Source: Alphaproteobacteria bacterium (lineage in GTDB: Bacteria; Pseudomonadota; Alphaproteobacteria; UBA2966). Taken from it: a stretch of 64,000 bases of DNA. The position numbers and the translations under genes were made by a program. Of the stretch, positions 34,827 to 44,023 are shown one piece after another. The notes under the pieces were generated by a model. That model was not told where the DNA came from, did no database searches, and saw nothing but the letters and a program-made list of their open reading frames with translations. The DNA lies in contig OZ219857.1 of NCBI GenBank assembly GCA_964291395.2, forward strand, positions 64,001 to 128,000. The letters are read 5' to 3'. The first letter of the stretch is position 1; each line of letters opens with the position of its first letter.

Positions 34827-36383
34827 ATGGCGCTGACTGCAAAACTGGAACTGCGGCAAAGTCATGCACTGGTCATGACGCCGCAACTCCAGCAGGCGAT
34901 CAAGCTGCTGCAGCTTACGAACTTGGAGTTGCTTGCCTACTTGGACCAGGAGGTAGAGCGGAACCCGCTCCTCGAGCACGCCGATCCCGAGAACTCCCAA
35001 CGCGACGACAACGACAGTATGGATCGTGACCGGAGTGCAGAAGGATCAAACGAAACCGGCCTCGAGCCTGACGACGAACCAGAGCCAATCGTTCTGGATG
35101 TCGCCCAAATGTCCGAAGCCGAGACGTTCACGGATACCGCCGACGCACCCCTCGACCTGAACTACGAGGAAGTATTTGAAGCCGACGCGGCACCGTCTCA
35201 AGCGGGTCCGACCGCGGAATTCTCCAATCTTCGCGATACCTCTCGTTCGAACGATTTTGACGAAGACGCCGTCGGCTTGGAGCAAACTCTGAGCCATGAG
35301 ACTTCTCTGAAGGAACATCTTCTCAACCAACTCGGTGTGGACGTCACTGATCCCGTAGATCGCATCATCGGGACGCACATCATCGATACCGTCGACGAAA
35401 CGGGCTACATCGTGGGTGAACTAGAGGGCATCGGCGAGATGGTTGGGTGCTCCCTCGATCGCGTGGAAGCGACCCTGAGCATCCTTCAAAAATTCGACCC
35501 GCCCGGAGTGCTTGCCCGTGACCTCGGCGAGTGCCTGGCCGCCCAGCTTCGCGAGCAAGACCGCCTCGATCCCGTCATGCAGCGATTCCTCGAGAACCTG
35601 GATCTGCTGGCTCGCCACGACTACCAAGCCCTCGCCAGGATCTGCGGAGTCGATACCGAGGACATCACCGATATGGCCGCGGAGATTCGGTCGCTCAATC
35701 CGAAGCCCGGCTTACTCTTCGGCAACGAGGTCTTGCAGCCCGTTGTTCCTGACGTCTTCGTCCGCCCCAATCCCGGAGGGGGCTGGCAAATCGAGCTGAA
35801 TAACGACACCTTGCCAAACGTTCTGGTGAACACACCGTACTACGCCGAGATCAGCGGTCAGGCGAAAAGCCGGCAAGAGAAGGCTTATCTTTCCGAACGG
35901 CTCAACTCGGCCAATTGGCTCGTGAAATCTCTCGATCAACGGGCCAACACCATCCTGCGCGTCGCGACGGAGTTGGCGCGCCAGCAAGGCGCATTCCTCG
36001 TTCATGGGATCGAACATTTGCGCCCGCTCAACCTCCGCGACATCGCCTCGGCCATCGAGATGCACGAGAGCACCGTGAGCCGCGTGACCGCAAACAAATA
36101 CATAAGCACGCCGCGTGGCATATTCCCGATGAAATATTTCTTCACATCGGCCCTCTCGTCTTCGTCGGGCGGACAAGCGCACTCGGCCGAGTCGGTGCGC
36201 CACCGGATCAAGGAGCTCATCGACAACGAGACACTCGACGCCGTCCTTTCAGACGACAAGATTGTCGAGGTGCTGAATTCGTCGGGGATCGACATTGCCC
36301 GACGCACAGTGGCAAAGTATCGTGAAGTGATGCGCATTCCCTCGTCGGTGGAGCGCCGACGTCAAAAGCGTGTCGCCAGCTAG
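34827..36383 (+). CDS. rpoN: RNA polymerase sigma-54 factor
   Basis: MTPQLQQAIKLLQL, HESTVSR and the RpoN box ARRTVAKYRE. Confidence 0.98.
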   Translation: MALTAKLELRQSHALVMTPQLQQAIKLLQLTNLELLAYLDQEVERNPLLEHADPENSQRDDNDSMDRDRSAEGSNETGLEPDDEPEPIVLDVAQMSEAETFTDTADAPLDLNYEEVFEADAAPSQAGPTAEFSNLRDTSRSNDFDEDAVGLEQTLSHETSLKEHLLNQLGVDVTDPVDRIIGTHIIDTVDETGYIVGELEGIGEMVGCSLDRVEATLSILQKFDPPGVLARDLGECLAAQLREQDRLDPVMQRFLENLDLLARHDYQALARICGVDTEDITDMAAEIRSLNPKPGLLFGNEVLQPVVPDVFVRPNPGGGWQIELNNDTLPNVLVNTPYYAEISGQAKSRQEKAYLSERLNSANWLVKSLDQRANTILRVATELARQQGAFLVHGIEHLRPLNLRDIASAIEMHESTVSRVTANKYISTPRGIFPMKYFFTSALSSSSGGQAHSAESVRHRIKELIDNETLDAVLSDDKIVEVLNSSGIDIARRTVAKYREVMRIPSSVERRRQKRVAS

Positions 36384-36408
36384 AGCGGTTCAGCCCAACT
36401 TGAACCGC
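36380..36408 (+). repeat. CTAG-anchored palindromic repeat, copy after rpoN
   Basis: CTAGA-GCGGTTCA-gcccaact-TGAACCGC. The CTAG contains the rpoN TAG stop. Similar to 47858-47886 and 58965-58995. Confidence 0.55.
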
Positions 36409-36556
36409 CGTGGCTGACCGATCAGATCACCCGATTGGGGTTCGATGGTTGACAGGGAATGACCCCAGACCCTAGTGTCCCGCCGCTTCGCGCCGGACTG
36501 AATCCATCCATGTCACCAGAATGCCGATCCCGGTGCTCGGACCAGACGAGATGCCC

Positions 36557-37123
36557 ATGCACATTACCGTGACCGGGAAGCAAGTAGACGTAGGCGACAC
36601 GCTCAGAGACCACGTCGAAAAGAGAATTACAGCGGGAGCCGAAAAGTATTTCGGCAACCCGATCGACGCTCAGGTGGTGTTCTCTCGCGAAGGCCCCCTC
36701 CATCGTGTCGACTGCTCGGTACACGTCGGTGCGGGGATATTCGTCAAGTCCCACGCCTCCGCCAGTGATGCTTACGCCGGTTTCGATGCCGCGGCGGAAC
36801 GAGTGGAAAAGAGGCTGCGGCGATACAAGCGACGCTTGAGAAACCATCACAAAGCGCCGCCGGTCGAGATCATGGAGGCGCCGACCTATGTCCTTTCCGG
36901 CGAAGAGGAAGATCAGGACCCTGCAGAAGACGCGCAGCCCGTGATCGTCGCCGAATCAACCACAAATGTGCCAACCGTCACGGTAAGCGAGGCCGTGATG
37001 CGGCTCGATCTCGCGAATGTTCCGGTGCTCCTGTTTCGCAACCGCACACATGGCGGACTGAGCGTCGTGTACCGGCGCGAAGACGGCAACATCGGTTGGA
37101 TCGATCCCAAGAATCCCGTCTAA
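36557..37123 (+). CDS. hpf: Ribosome hibernation promoting factor (long HPF/RaiA)
   Basis: MHITVTGKQVDVG, EKRLRRYKRRL and VVYRREDGNIGWIDP. Confidence 0.95.
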   Translation: MHITVTGKQVDVGDTLRDHVEKRITAGAEKYFGNPIDAQVVFSREGPLHRVDCSVHVGAGIFVKSHASASDAYAGFDAAAERVEKRLRRYKRRLRNHHKAPPVEIMEAPTYVLSGEEEDQDPAEDAQPVIVAESTTNVPTVTVSEAVMRLDLANVPVLLFRNRTHGGLSVVYRREDGNIGWIDPKNPV

Positions 37124-37153
37124 CCCGTCGATCGATCTTTCGGAGTATGTCGA

Positions 37154-37618
37154 ATGGAGTTTGCTGACTTGCTGAAGCCGGAAGCCATCATTCCTCGACT
37201 GAGGGCTGACAGCAAAAAGCAAGCGCTGCAGGAGCTGGCGACCTTCGCGTCCGAACTGACAGGTGTCGAGGAGCGCGCCATATTCGAAGTTCTGTTGGAA
37301 CGAGAGCGGCTTGGAACGACTGGGGTAGGCAACGGGATTGCCATCCCCCATGGCAAGCTCGACGGCGTCAAGGAATTGTGCGGGATGTTCGCCAAACTGA
37401 ATTCGCCGGTGAATTTCGACGCCATCGACGACCGGCCCGTCGATCTCATTTTCGTGCTGCTCGCGCCGGAGTCCGCGGGCGCGGACCACCTCAAGGCGCT
37501 TGCCTGGGTCTCCCGGTTGCTCCGCGACAGCGCAACCTGCCAGAAAATCCGCGAGTCCGCGGACCGCGAAACAATTCTCGACCTGATAAACGGATCGGCG
37601 ACGCCGCACGCCGCCTAG
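37154..37618 (+). CDS. ptsN: PTS EIIA(Ntr)
   Basis: RERLGTTGVGNGIAIPHG and APESAGADHLKAL. Confidence 0.95.
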   Translation: MEFADLLKPEAIIPRLRADSKKQALQELATFASELTGVEERAIFEVLLERERLGTTGVGNGIAIPHGKLDGVKELCGMFAKLNSPVNFDAIDDRPVDLIFVLLAPESAGADHLKALAWVSRLLRDSATCQKIRESADRETILDLINGSATPHAA

Positions 37619-37827
37619 TGCACGCTCACGGGCAGGTACTCGTGCTGTAAAGCGGCCGCAAAGGCGACGTCCCGATCCTCCACGACGGCCAGTTCCGTAC
37701 CGTCCGAGGCAAAAATGGCGTAGGCCGCTCGCCCCCGAACGTTGACCTGCTTGACATAGGCGACGGAGGGAGTTTCGAAGGCCGCTGCGATGGCACGCGG
37801 AGTCAAGCTCGAATCACCTATCGTCAT
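37615..37827 (-). CDS. DUF1150-family small protein
   Basis: VAYVK...YAIFASDGT.LA...RD.AFAAA.QHE..PVSVH. Lies downstream of the small Hsp gene. Confidence 0.82.
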   Translation of the reverse strand: MTIGDSSLTPRAIAAAFETPSVAYVKQVNVRGRAAYAIFASDGTELAVVEDRDVAFAAALQHEYLPVSVH

Positions 37828-37882
37828 ATCGTTCCGACCTTCCTCAACGACACGGACACCACTGGTTCGATACCTCGGCAGA

Positions 37883-38353
37883 CTACTTCGAGGTCCGGCG
37901 CGGGCCTTCCACGTCCATGGACGCGTCGGCTTCATCCCGGTCCGCTGCGGACCTGATTTCGATGGTGCGCGCAATGCTGGCGGGTTGCGGCCGCACCAAA
38001 TCAATGTGAAGCAACCCCTTGGCGAGTTCGGCGCCTTCGACTTCAATGCCGTCCGCCAGGACGAACGCCCGCTGGAACTGGCGGGCCGCGATTCCGCGAT
38101 GGAGATAAACACGCTCGTCTTCCTTGGCCTGCCGGCCGCGAATAACCAGCTGACTGTCCTCGAGGACGATATTCAGGTCGTCATGCGCAAAACCCGCTAC
38201 CGCCAACGTGATGCGTAACGAGTCTTCGCCGGTCTTCTCGATATTGTAAGGAGGATAGCCGTCGCTCGCCGCCCGAGTGGCACGATCGAGCGTCCGTTCA
38301 AAATGCTCGAATCCGAGTAACAGAGGACTGTCAAATAGAGACATGCGGCCCAT
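37883..38353 (-). CDS. Small heat shock protein (Hsp20/IbpA family)
   Basis: GYPPYNIE, ITLAVAGF, YLHRGIAARQFQRAF and GLLHIDL. Confidence 0.95.
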   Translation of the reverse strand: MGRMSLFDSPLLLGFEHFERTLDRATRAASDGYPPYNIEKTGEDSLRITLAVAGFAHDDLNIVLEDSQLVIRGRQAKEDERVYLHRGIAARQFQRAFVLADGIEVEGAELAKGLLHIDLVRPQPASIARTIEIRSAADRDEADASMDVEGPRRTSK

Positions 38354-38361
38354 GCGACCAT

Positions 38362-38379
38362 CTCCTCAATATGAGCGAG
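38362..38379 (-). promoter_or_regulatory. ROSE-like RNA thermometer 3' hairpin
   Basis: Minus strand CTC-G-CTCA-tat-TGAG-GAG. A UCGCU motif with a bulged G pairs with the SD (GAGGAG) of the sHsp gene. Confidence 0.65.
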
Positions 38380-38461
38380 CGAAGCGTCGTAGCTGCCGCG
38401 GGTCAGCCCAAAGCCGGCGCCTTCCCACGTCGCGGTGGCCCTTCCGGCACCACCGACTCAT

Positions 38462-38490
38462 ATGTAAGTCTTCACTATCTCTGGATCAAG
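38462..38490 (-). promoter_or_regulatory. Putative RpoH (sigma32) promoter
   Basis: CTTG-N18-CTTACAT upstream of the sHsp gene, close to the alphaproteobacterial CTTG-N17/18-CYTATNT pattern. Confidence 0.55.
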
Positions 38491-38547
38491 GAGGCGTTGA
38501 TTTTTCGAGCAATCGCCGACGGTTACAGAGAATTCCCGGAAGACAAC

Positions 38548-39393
38548 TCAAGACATCAGCGCCCGCGTACACGTCGGGACCGCGAAGGCAGATATATGCA
38601 CGTCCGCATTGTAGTACCGGGAGTCAAACCGGTGCGCGTCGAGGCGCGACCGCAAGGTCTCGATATCCATCGCAGATAGGTCGATAAGCTCGCTCGCCCA
38701 GCCAAAGGCCATGTGCCCGCCGGCGTAGGTGGGCACGGGTGCCAAGAAAAACCCTGAACGCCTGAACAAGTGGCTGAAATGGCGATGGGTTTGCGTCAAC
38801 TCCGGGCCCTGGAAAAACGGAACGCCGTTCTGCGTCACGATCAAGCCGCCGACATTGAGAACGCAGCGGCATGACGCGTAGAAGGCCTCATCAAACAGCA
38901 TCCGGCCCGGACCAACCGGGTCCGTCGAGTCGACAATGATGACATCGAACCGAAGCTCCGTTTCCCGGACGAAGTCGATACCATTGCCGATGATCAGCTC
39001 GGTCCGAGGATCCTCAAACGCGCCGCCGCAAATCGAAGGCAGGTGTTCGCGGCACAAGCGCACGACTTCCCCGTCGATGTCGACGAGAACCACACGGTCG
39101 ACGGGATGCTTGAGAACCTCTTCGAGCAGGCCGCCGTCTCCGCCGCCGACGATCAGAACGGACTTCACCGCCCCGTGCCCGACTATCGGCACATGACCAA
39201 GCATCTCGTGGTAGTAGAACTCGTCGGCTTCGGTCGTTTGCACGATGCCGTCGAGTACGAGAACGCGCCCGAGGTATTCGTTTTCGAATATCAGGATATC
39301 CTGATAGCGGGACCTGCCCTCATATATGACCTTGTCGATACGGAGGGATTGTCGGACAGACGGGTAAAGGGTTTCGTGAAACCAATCCGTCAA
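38548..39393 (-). CDS. speE: Spermidine synthase (polyamine aminopropyltransferase)
   Basis: LDGIVQTTE.DEF.YHEM, VLIVGGGDGG and DVIIVDSTDPVGPG. Confidence 0.96.
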   Translation of the reverse strand: MTDWFHETLYPSVRQSLRIDKVIYEGRSRYQDILIFENEYLGRVLVLDGIVQTTEADEFYYHEMLGHVPIVGHGAVKSVLIVGGGDGGLLEEVLKHPVDRVVLVDIDGEVVRLCREHLPSICGGAFEDPRTELIIGNGIDFVRETELRFDVIIVDSTDPVGPGRMLFDEAFYASCRCVLNVGGLIVTQNGVPFFQGPELTQTHRHFSHLFRRSGFFLAPVPTYAGGHMAFGWASELIDLSAMDIETLRSRLDAHRFDSRYYNADVHISAFAVPTCTRALMS

Positions 39394-39818
39394 ACCATCA
39401 AGCCCCTCTTATGCTCCGTGACCTGCATGTGATCGGGCGCAAACACTTCCACGAGTACGGAAATTGCCTGATAGGCGTCGCAGCGGCCGCAGAGGAAGAT
39501 ATCCACGGCAGCGAACCCGGTCTCGGGCCACGTATGAATGCTCATATGCGATTCGGCAAGAATTGCCACGGCGGACACACCACCCTGCGGAGAAAAGTGA
39601 TGCAGCTCGATATCAAGCAAGGTGGCACCCGTCGCGCTGACCGCCCGCCGCAATGCCGTTTCCACGACCGCCAGATCGGCAAGACGACTCGCGCCGGTCA
39701 GGTCGATCAGAAGGTGCGTTCCCGCGTACCGCAACCCATCCTTCTCGACATAGAAGTCGTGAACATCGTCCGCCTCCGAGGTAGCCGGTTCAGCAGCAAA
39801 AGACGCCTGAGATTTCAT
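39390..39818 (-). CDS. speD: S-adenosylmethionine decarboxylase proenzyme
   Basis: GTHLLIDL and the pyruvoyl cleavage site LAE/SHMSIHTWPE. Start is 39818 (GGGGGA RBS) or 39887. Confidence 0.95.
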   Translation of the reverse strand: MKSQASFAAEPATSEADDVHDFYVEKDGLRYAGTHLLIDLTGASRLADLAVVETALRRAVSATGATLLDIELHHFSPQGGVSAVAILAESHMSIHTWPETGFAAVDIFLCGRCDAYQAISVLVEVFAPDHMQVTEHKRGLMV

Positions 39819-40249
39819 GTGAGTCCCCCGAACGGCCCCTATTCCTTGCGCCCACTCCGGCCAGCAGGGTCGCGTTGTGTGACTCATGGATGGACGAATA
39901 GCAAGCGAAATCCATGCCGATGTTAACCATGAATTCGCGTAGGGTGCCGGATTTTACGCAAATATCGGTCTCGCTCGGATGGATATGAAACGTGGAGCTC
40001 AAGGAAAGGGCGGGGTCCTCAAAGCTACCGGGGCGGTATCGGCTGGCGAAATTCAAATGACTGCCCCGGCACTTTGTTCCATCTACATCTCAAGGCAACC
40101 AAATGGCGGCACAGCTACCGCCATGTGGACGGCTTTCAAACTCCGCGACGGCACTTCCGCGGAAACCGCTCAACCAGGCAGGATCTCTGGCCATTTACCG
40201 AAGGCGCGGCCCACCGAGCCGGGCGCGCAACATCAGACGGGAGGGCGTT

Positions 40250-41329
40250 TCAGCCTTCCTTGCGGTCGGATGCTTCCTCGTACTTTATGATTTCCTCCAG
40301 CCGCACCTTCAACCGCTCAGTCTTCGCCCGCGGCAGCAGAAATGCCCAATCCGAAAGCTCGGAACTGATCCGTTCCGCCTCTCTCCTGGCCTCGTCAGTC
40401 GGCTCGAAATCCTTCGCCACGTCGGCGTCGAACTGAACCCAGATCGTCTCGTCCTCTTCCGGCTCGGCAGTCCGCAACATGACAACGAGGCCGCTGGTTG
40501 AAATGACCGTCGCGCGAAATCCGGAGCCCTCTTTGAAATCGACCCGATCCGCGTGCTTCGCGTCGACGAATGAGACGTTGTCCAGGAGATTGGACATGTA
40601 GTCGATCTGATACTGGTTCTCGATCTCGGCGTTCTGGGGCAGGTTCCTTATCGTCAGATCCGCATCGTCGGTCTTTTGGCGGTAAATCTCGACGACCTCC
40701 CCGTCCGCGTGCGTCACGCTCATGAGGCCGACGGAGCCGGCACGAACATCGACGACGCTTCGATCGGACCAATCCACCGCGTCGTACCGGACATCAAGGG
40801 TACCTTCGGCCAGCCACGCCCGCTCTTCATTTGGAAGGCGGATGTAGACACCATCGCGGTCCAGCCCTGCAACGCCGGTTTTTGTCTTCCCAACGATGAC
40901 GTCGGCCAGAACGGCGCCGTTTTCGTCTTTGGCGGTAACCCTCGTTGATTTTGCGTCCTCCGCAACGTCCTCAACCTCTATCTTGGGATAGAGCTTGGCG
41001 CGGGTCGTCTTGGGCTCAAAATAGGAAAGCGTTACGAGGCCACCGATCATCTTCTCGATTCGCGTCTGACGTGCCGGATATCCGCCTGCACCCATGTTCG
41101 CCCACCCTTCCGGTTGGCGGTTTAGCGAAAAACTGCCCTTGGCCCGGGTCAGTTCGACAAATGAAATGCTCGCGACATTCTCCTGCAGATCCGGAAATAC
41201 GAGGCCACCCTCCTTTTGTTCCAGAGCGACCGTCCTGTAGCGTTCGCTGACGGACCAGGCTGCCGCGGTCACCGTGATGGCAGTGATGCCCGCAAGAATG
41301 AGAAGTCCGCGATTGCGCTGCATCTCCAC
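40250..41329 (-). CDS. DUF4340-domain membrane-anchored periplasmic protein
   Basis: N-terminal TM segment, GYPA and YIRLPNEERAWLA. Last gene of the Gld-type ABC operon. Confidence 0.75.
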   Translation of the reverse strand: MEMQRNRGLLILAGITAITVTAAAWSVSERYRTVALEQKEGGLVFPDLQENVASISFVELTRAKGSFSLNRQPEGWANMGAGGYPARQTRIEKMIGGLVTLSYFEPKTTRAKLYPKIEVEDVAEDAKSTRVTAKDENGAVLADVIVGKTKTGVAGLDRDGVYIRLPNEERAWLAEGTLDVRYDAVDWSDRSVVDVRAGSVGLMSVTHADGEVVEIYRQKTDDADLTIRNLPQNAEIENQYQIDYMSNLLDNVSFVDAKHADRVDFKEGSGFRATVISTSGLVVMLRTAEPEEDETIWVQFDADVAKDFEPTDEARREAERISSELSDWAFLLPRAKTERLKVRLEEIIKYEEASDRKEG

Positions 41330-41333
41330 GCCC

Positions 41334-43292
41334 CTACCCGCCTTTGTAGCTGCGCCGCCGGCGCGCGACCTGCACCGTGCCGAGGACGATCGCGATGGCT
41401 GCCACGATCAATGGAACGAGGCCAATATTCACGAATTGAAGCCATGTTTCGAGGTTCTCCACGTCCTCGCGAAGCCCGCGCTGAACGTCACGCAGTTGCT
41501 TGCGAATGGACACCATTTCCAGGCGTAGCGACTCCAATTCATCCTTCTGTTCCTGCGTCAGGGACAATTCTACCTGAATTTCCCCCGTCGAAGCGTCGGT
41601 CTTCGTCTCCACACCCTCCAACTGCGCGATTTTGTTTTCGAGCTCCTTCAGCGTGTCCTGAAGTTCGCGCTCCTTGTCCCTGAATTTCAGTTCGGCTTGT
41701 TGTTGCAACTCATTGACCCGATCGAAGGGACGCTGCGAGACACCACGCGAACGCAGTCCGATCAACTCATTGGTGCCGCCAAGATTGCTTACCGCATTGA
41801 CCACGAAATTCGCATTGCTCGCGATGGGTTGCGCCACCTCGCGGCCGAAAAACTGCTGTTTGCGAATCCAAAATCGGTCTTCTATGAGGTCCGAATCTGC
41901 GACCACGATGAGATTGATCGGACCCTCGGACGTCATCAGTTGTGGCCTGTCCGGGTCTTCAGAGAGTTCTTCCTCCGTCTTCTTGATCACGCGCTCGGGA
42001 GGACCATCCGGAAATGCCGTCTCCACCTCTCCGGACAAGCGGGCCGCAATCACGTACTTGTTTTCATCCGGCTTGAACTTGTCGAGCAATCCCAGGATGT
42101 CGGGGTTCAGGCCTCTGACGAGGTCCACGTCGACAGGCGCGGAGTTCTCGGTCGAAGTGATCAGGGGTTCGAGCGTGAGCGGCGAGTTTTTCTTGAGGTC
42201 GATGTACCCCGCGCTGGCGATATTGACGAGCGGCAGCCGGCTGGTCACCGGATCGTCCTGATTCATCTGTTCGCCCGACACGGCGAGCCACACCACGTAG
42301 TCCGCGGGAATGACACGTTGTTGGGTGCCGGCATTGACGCGCCAAGCCATGCTCCGGTCGCCCGTGAGTTTGCCGTCAGGAATTTCGACCCCCCACTTCT
42401 CGAGGAGACCGGACAGGCTGTCCGCGGAACTGGAAATATCGTTTGGACCGATTCTGTTGTTCGATTCGGAGCGGGGGTCGAGGAACAGCATCGCGCGACC
42501 TCCCCGGAAGAGAAACTGCTCCAGCTCGTATTGGACGCGGTCGCTAAGGGTGTCGGGGTGAATGACAACCATCACGTCGATGCGCCCGGGCAGATCGTCG
42601 ATCGACTGAGGCAGATTGATGACGTCGAAGAACGTCCTCAGATGGTGGGCGATCTCCCATGGGATGGAGACGCTGCCCTGCATATGCGCGCGCATGTCCC
42701 CCATGACCGGCAGGGAGCTCATGACGCCGACAACGGTTGGCTCCGGGTTGGACAGCGCATGAATCATCTGAGCGAGGTCGTACTCCAAGAGGTTCTCCCG
42801 CTCGGGCTGGAAGAACGGAACGAGCTCGACGTCGTCCACCGAGTTGACACCCGCCAATCCGAAGTAGACAAGCTCTCCGCCCTGGTCCACGGGAATACCT
42901 TGTATCCCCATGGAGACGGCCCGGTCCTCGTCATCGGAGAACGGAAGGGGGTTCCGCTCATGGAGAACCACCTTGCCGCCCGCGGCCGCGGCGATCTCGT
43001 TCAGCAAATCCCGCACGCGGCGGCTATAGCCTCCGTAGAATGGCAGTTCTCGTCCCAGGCGCTCTGAATAGAAGAAGTGCAGCTCGATGGGCTCGTCGAT
43101 CGCGGCGAGTGTCTCATGCGTGCCCTCCGACAACGTAAACAGCCGATCCTCGGTCAAATCGACCCTGGCGCCGGGAACCGAGCCACCAAACAGGGTGTTG
43201 ATTGCGACGAACAGGATCCCGGCGATGACGAGACCCGTGAGCGAAACCGCGCCGACCCGTGACAGGCGATGTTCTCCCGGCATCGTGCTCAC
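41334..43292 (-). CDS. GldG-like ABC auxiliary component (GIFT domain)
   Basis: RVDLTEDRLFTLSEGT, LEYDL, VVADSD and N.NFVVNAV.NL.G..ELIGLRSR, plus a coiled coil and a C-terminal TM segment. Confidence 0.88.
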   Translation of the reverse strand: MSTMPGEHRLSRVGAVSLTGLVIAGILFVAINTLFGGSVPGARVDLTEDRLFTLSEGTHETLAAIDEPIELHFFYSERLGRELPFYGGYSRRVRDLLNEIAAAAGGKVVLHERNPLPFSDDEDRAVSMGIQGIPVDQGGELVYFGLAGVNSVDDVELVPFFQPERENLLEYDLAQMIHALSNPEPTVVGVMSSLPVMGDMRAHMQGSVSIPWEIAHHLRTFFDVINLPQSIDDLPGRIDVMVVIHPDTLSDRVQYELEQFLFRGGRAMLFLDPRSESNNRIGPNDISSSADSLSGLLEKWGVEIPDGKLTGDRSMAWRVNAGTQQRVIPADYVVWLAVSGEQMNQDDPVTSRLPLVNIASAGYIDLKKNSPLTLEPLITSTENSAPVDVDLVRGLNPDILGLLDKFKPDENKYVIAARLSGEVETAFPDGPPERVIKKTEEELSEDPDRPQLMTSEGPINLIVVADSDLIEDRFWIRKQQFFGREVAQPIASNANFVVNAVSNLGGTNELIGLRSRGVSQRPFDRVNELQQQAELKFRDKERELQDTLKELENKIAQLEGVETKTDASTGEIQVELSLTQEQKDELESLRLEMVSIRKQLRDVQRGLREDVENLETWLQFVNIGLVPLIVAAIAIVLGTVQVARRRRSYKGG

Positions 43293-44023
43293 CCGCTCTT
43301 CTTGTATTCAACTGCGACTACGTTGGCGAACAGGAAGAAGACGATCATCGAGGAGAAAAATACGACGTCGCGGATGTCGATCACGCCGCGCGCAATGTCT
43401 TTGAAATGTTCGAGAAAACTGAAGCCCATGACGATGTCCAACAGCGCACGCGGCGCCCAGCCGCTGAAGAACTCGAGAACCACTCCGAGACCGCTCGCCG
43501 TGAACACGAAACAGATTGCGGCGGCGATGATGAAGGCGATGACCTGGTTCCGGGTCAGCGCGGAGACGAACGCACCGATGGCCAGATATCCCCCGGCCAT
43601 GAAGAAGCTGCCAAGATAGCCCGCCAGAATCGCGCCGTTGTCCGGTGAGCCAAGATAGTTGACGGTGATCCAGATGGGTGCCGTCAGGATCAGGCTGACG
43701 CCGGCGACTGACCACGCGGCCAAGAACTTCCCGACCACAGCGCTGAGCGTCGTGATGGGCAGCGTGAGAAGCAACTCGATGGAGCCGGATTTGCGCTCTT
43801 CCGCCCACAGGCGCATCGCGATGGCCGGAATGAGGAACAAATAAAGCCAGGGATGGAAGAGGAAAAAGGAGTCGAGATTGGCTTGGCCTTGGATGAAGAA
43901 GTTGCCGAAGAAGAACGTGAAAGCGCCGATCGAAGCCAAAAAGATGACGATGAAGACATAAGCGAGCGGAGTTGCAAAATAGCCGGCGAATTCACGCCGG
44001 CAGATCACCCAGGTGTCATGCAT
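43289..44023 (-). CDS. ABC-2 permease (GldF-like)
   Basis: REFAGYFATPLAYVF, MRLWAEERKSGSIELLLTLP and SALTRNQVIAF. Confidence 0.92.
   Translation of the reverse strand: MHDTWVICRREFAGYFATPLAYVFIVIFLASIGAFTFFFGNFFIQGQANLDSFFLFHPWLYLFLIPAIAMRLWAEERKSGSIELLLTLPITTLSAVVGKFLAAWSVAGVSLILTAPIWITVNYLGSPDNGAILAGYLGSFFMAGGYLAIGAFVSALTRNQVIAFIIAAAICFVFTASGLGVVLEFFSGWAPRALLDIVMGFSFLEHFKDIARGVIDIRDVVFFSSMIVFFLFANVVAVEYKKSG

Noticed and set aside
34336-37510. Single-residue deviations (LptB GHLPQE instead of GYLPQE; PtsN LAWVSR instead of LARVSR)
   Set aside because: These are isolated substitutions outside the catalytic residues and cannot be told apart from normal variation.
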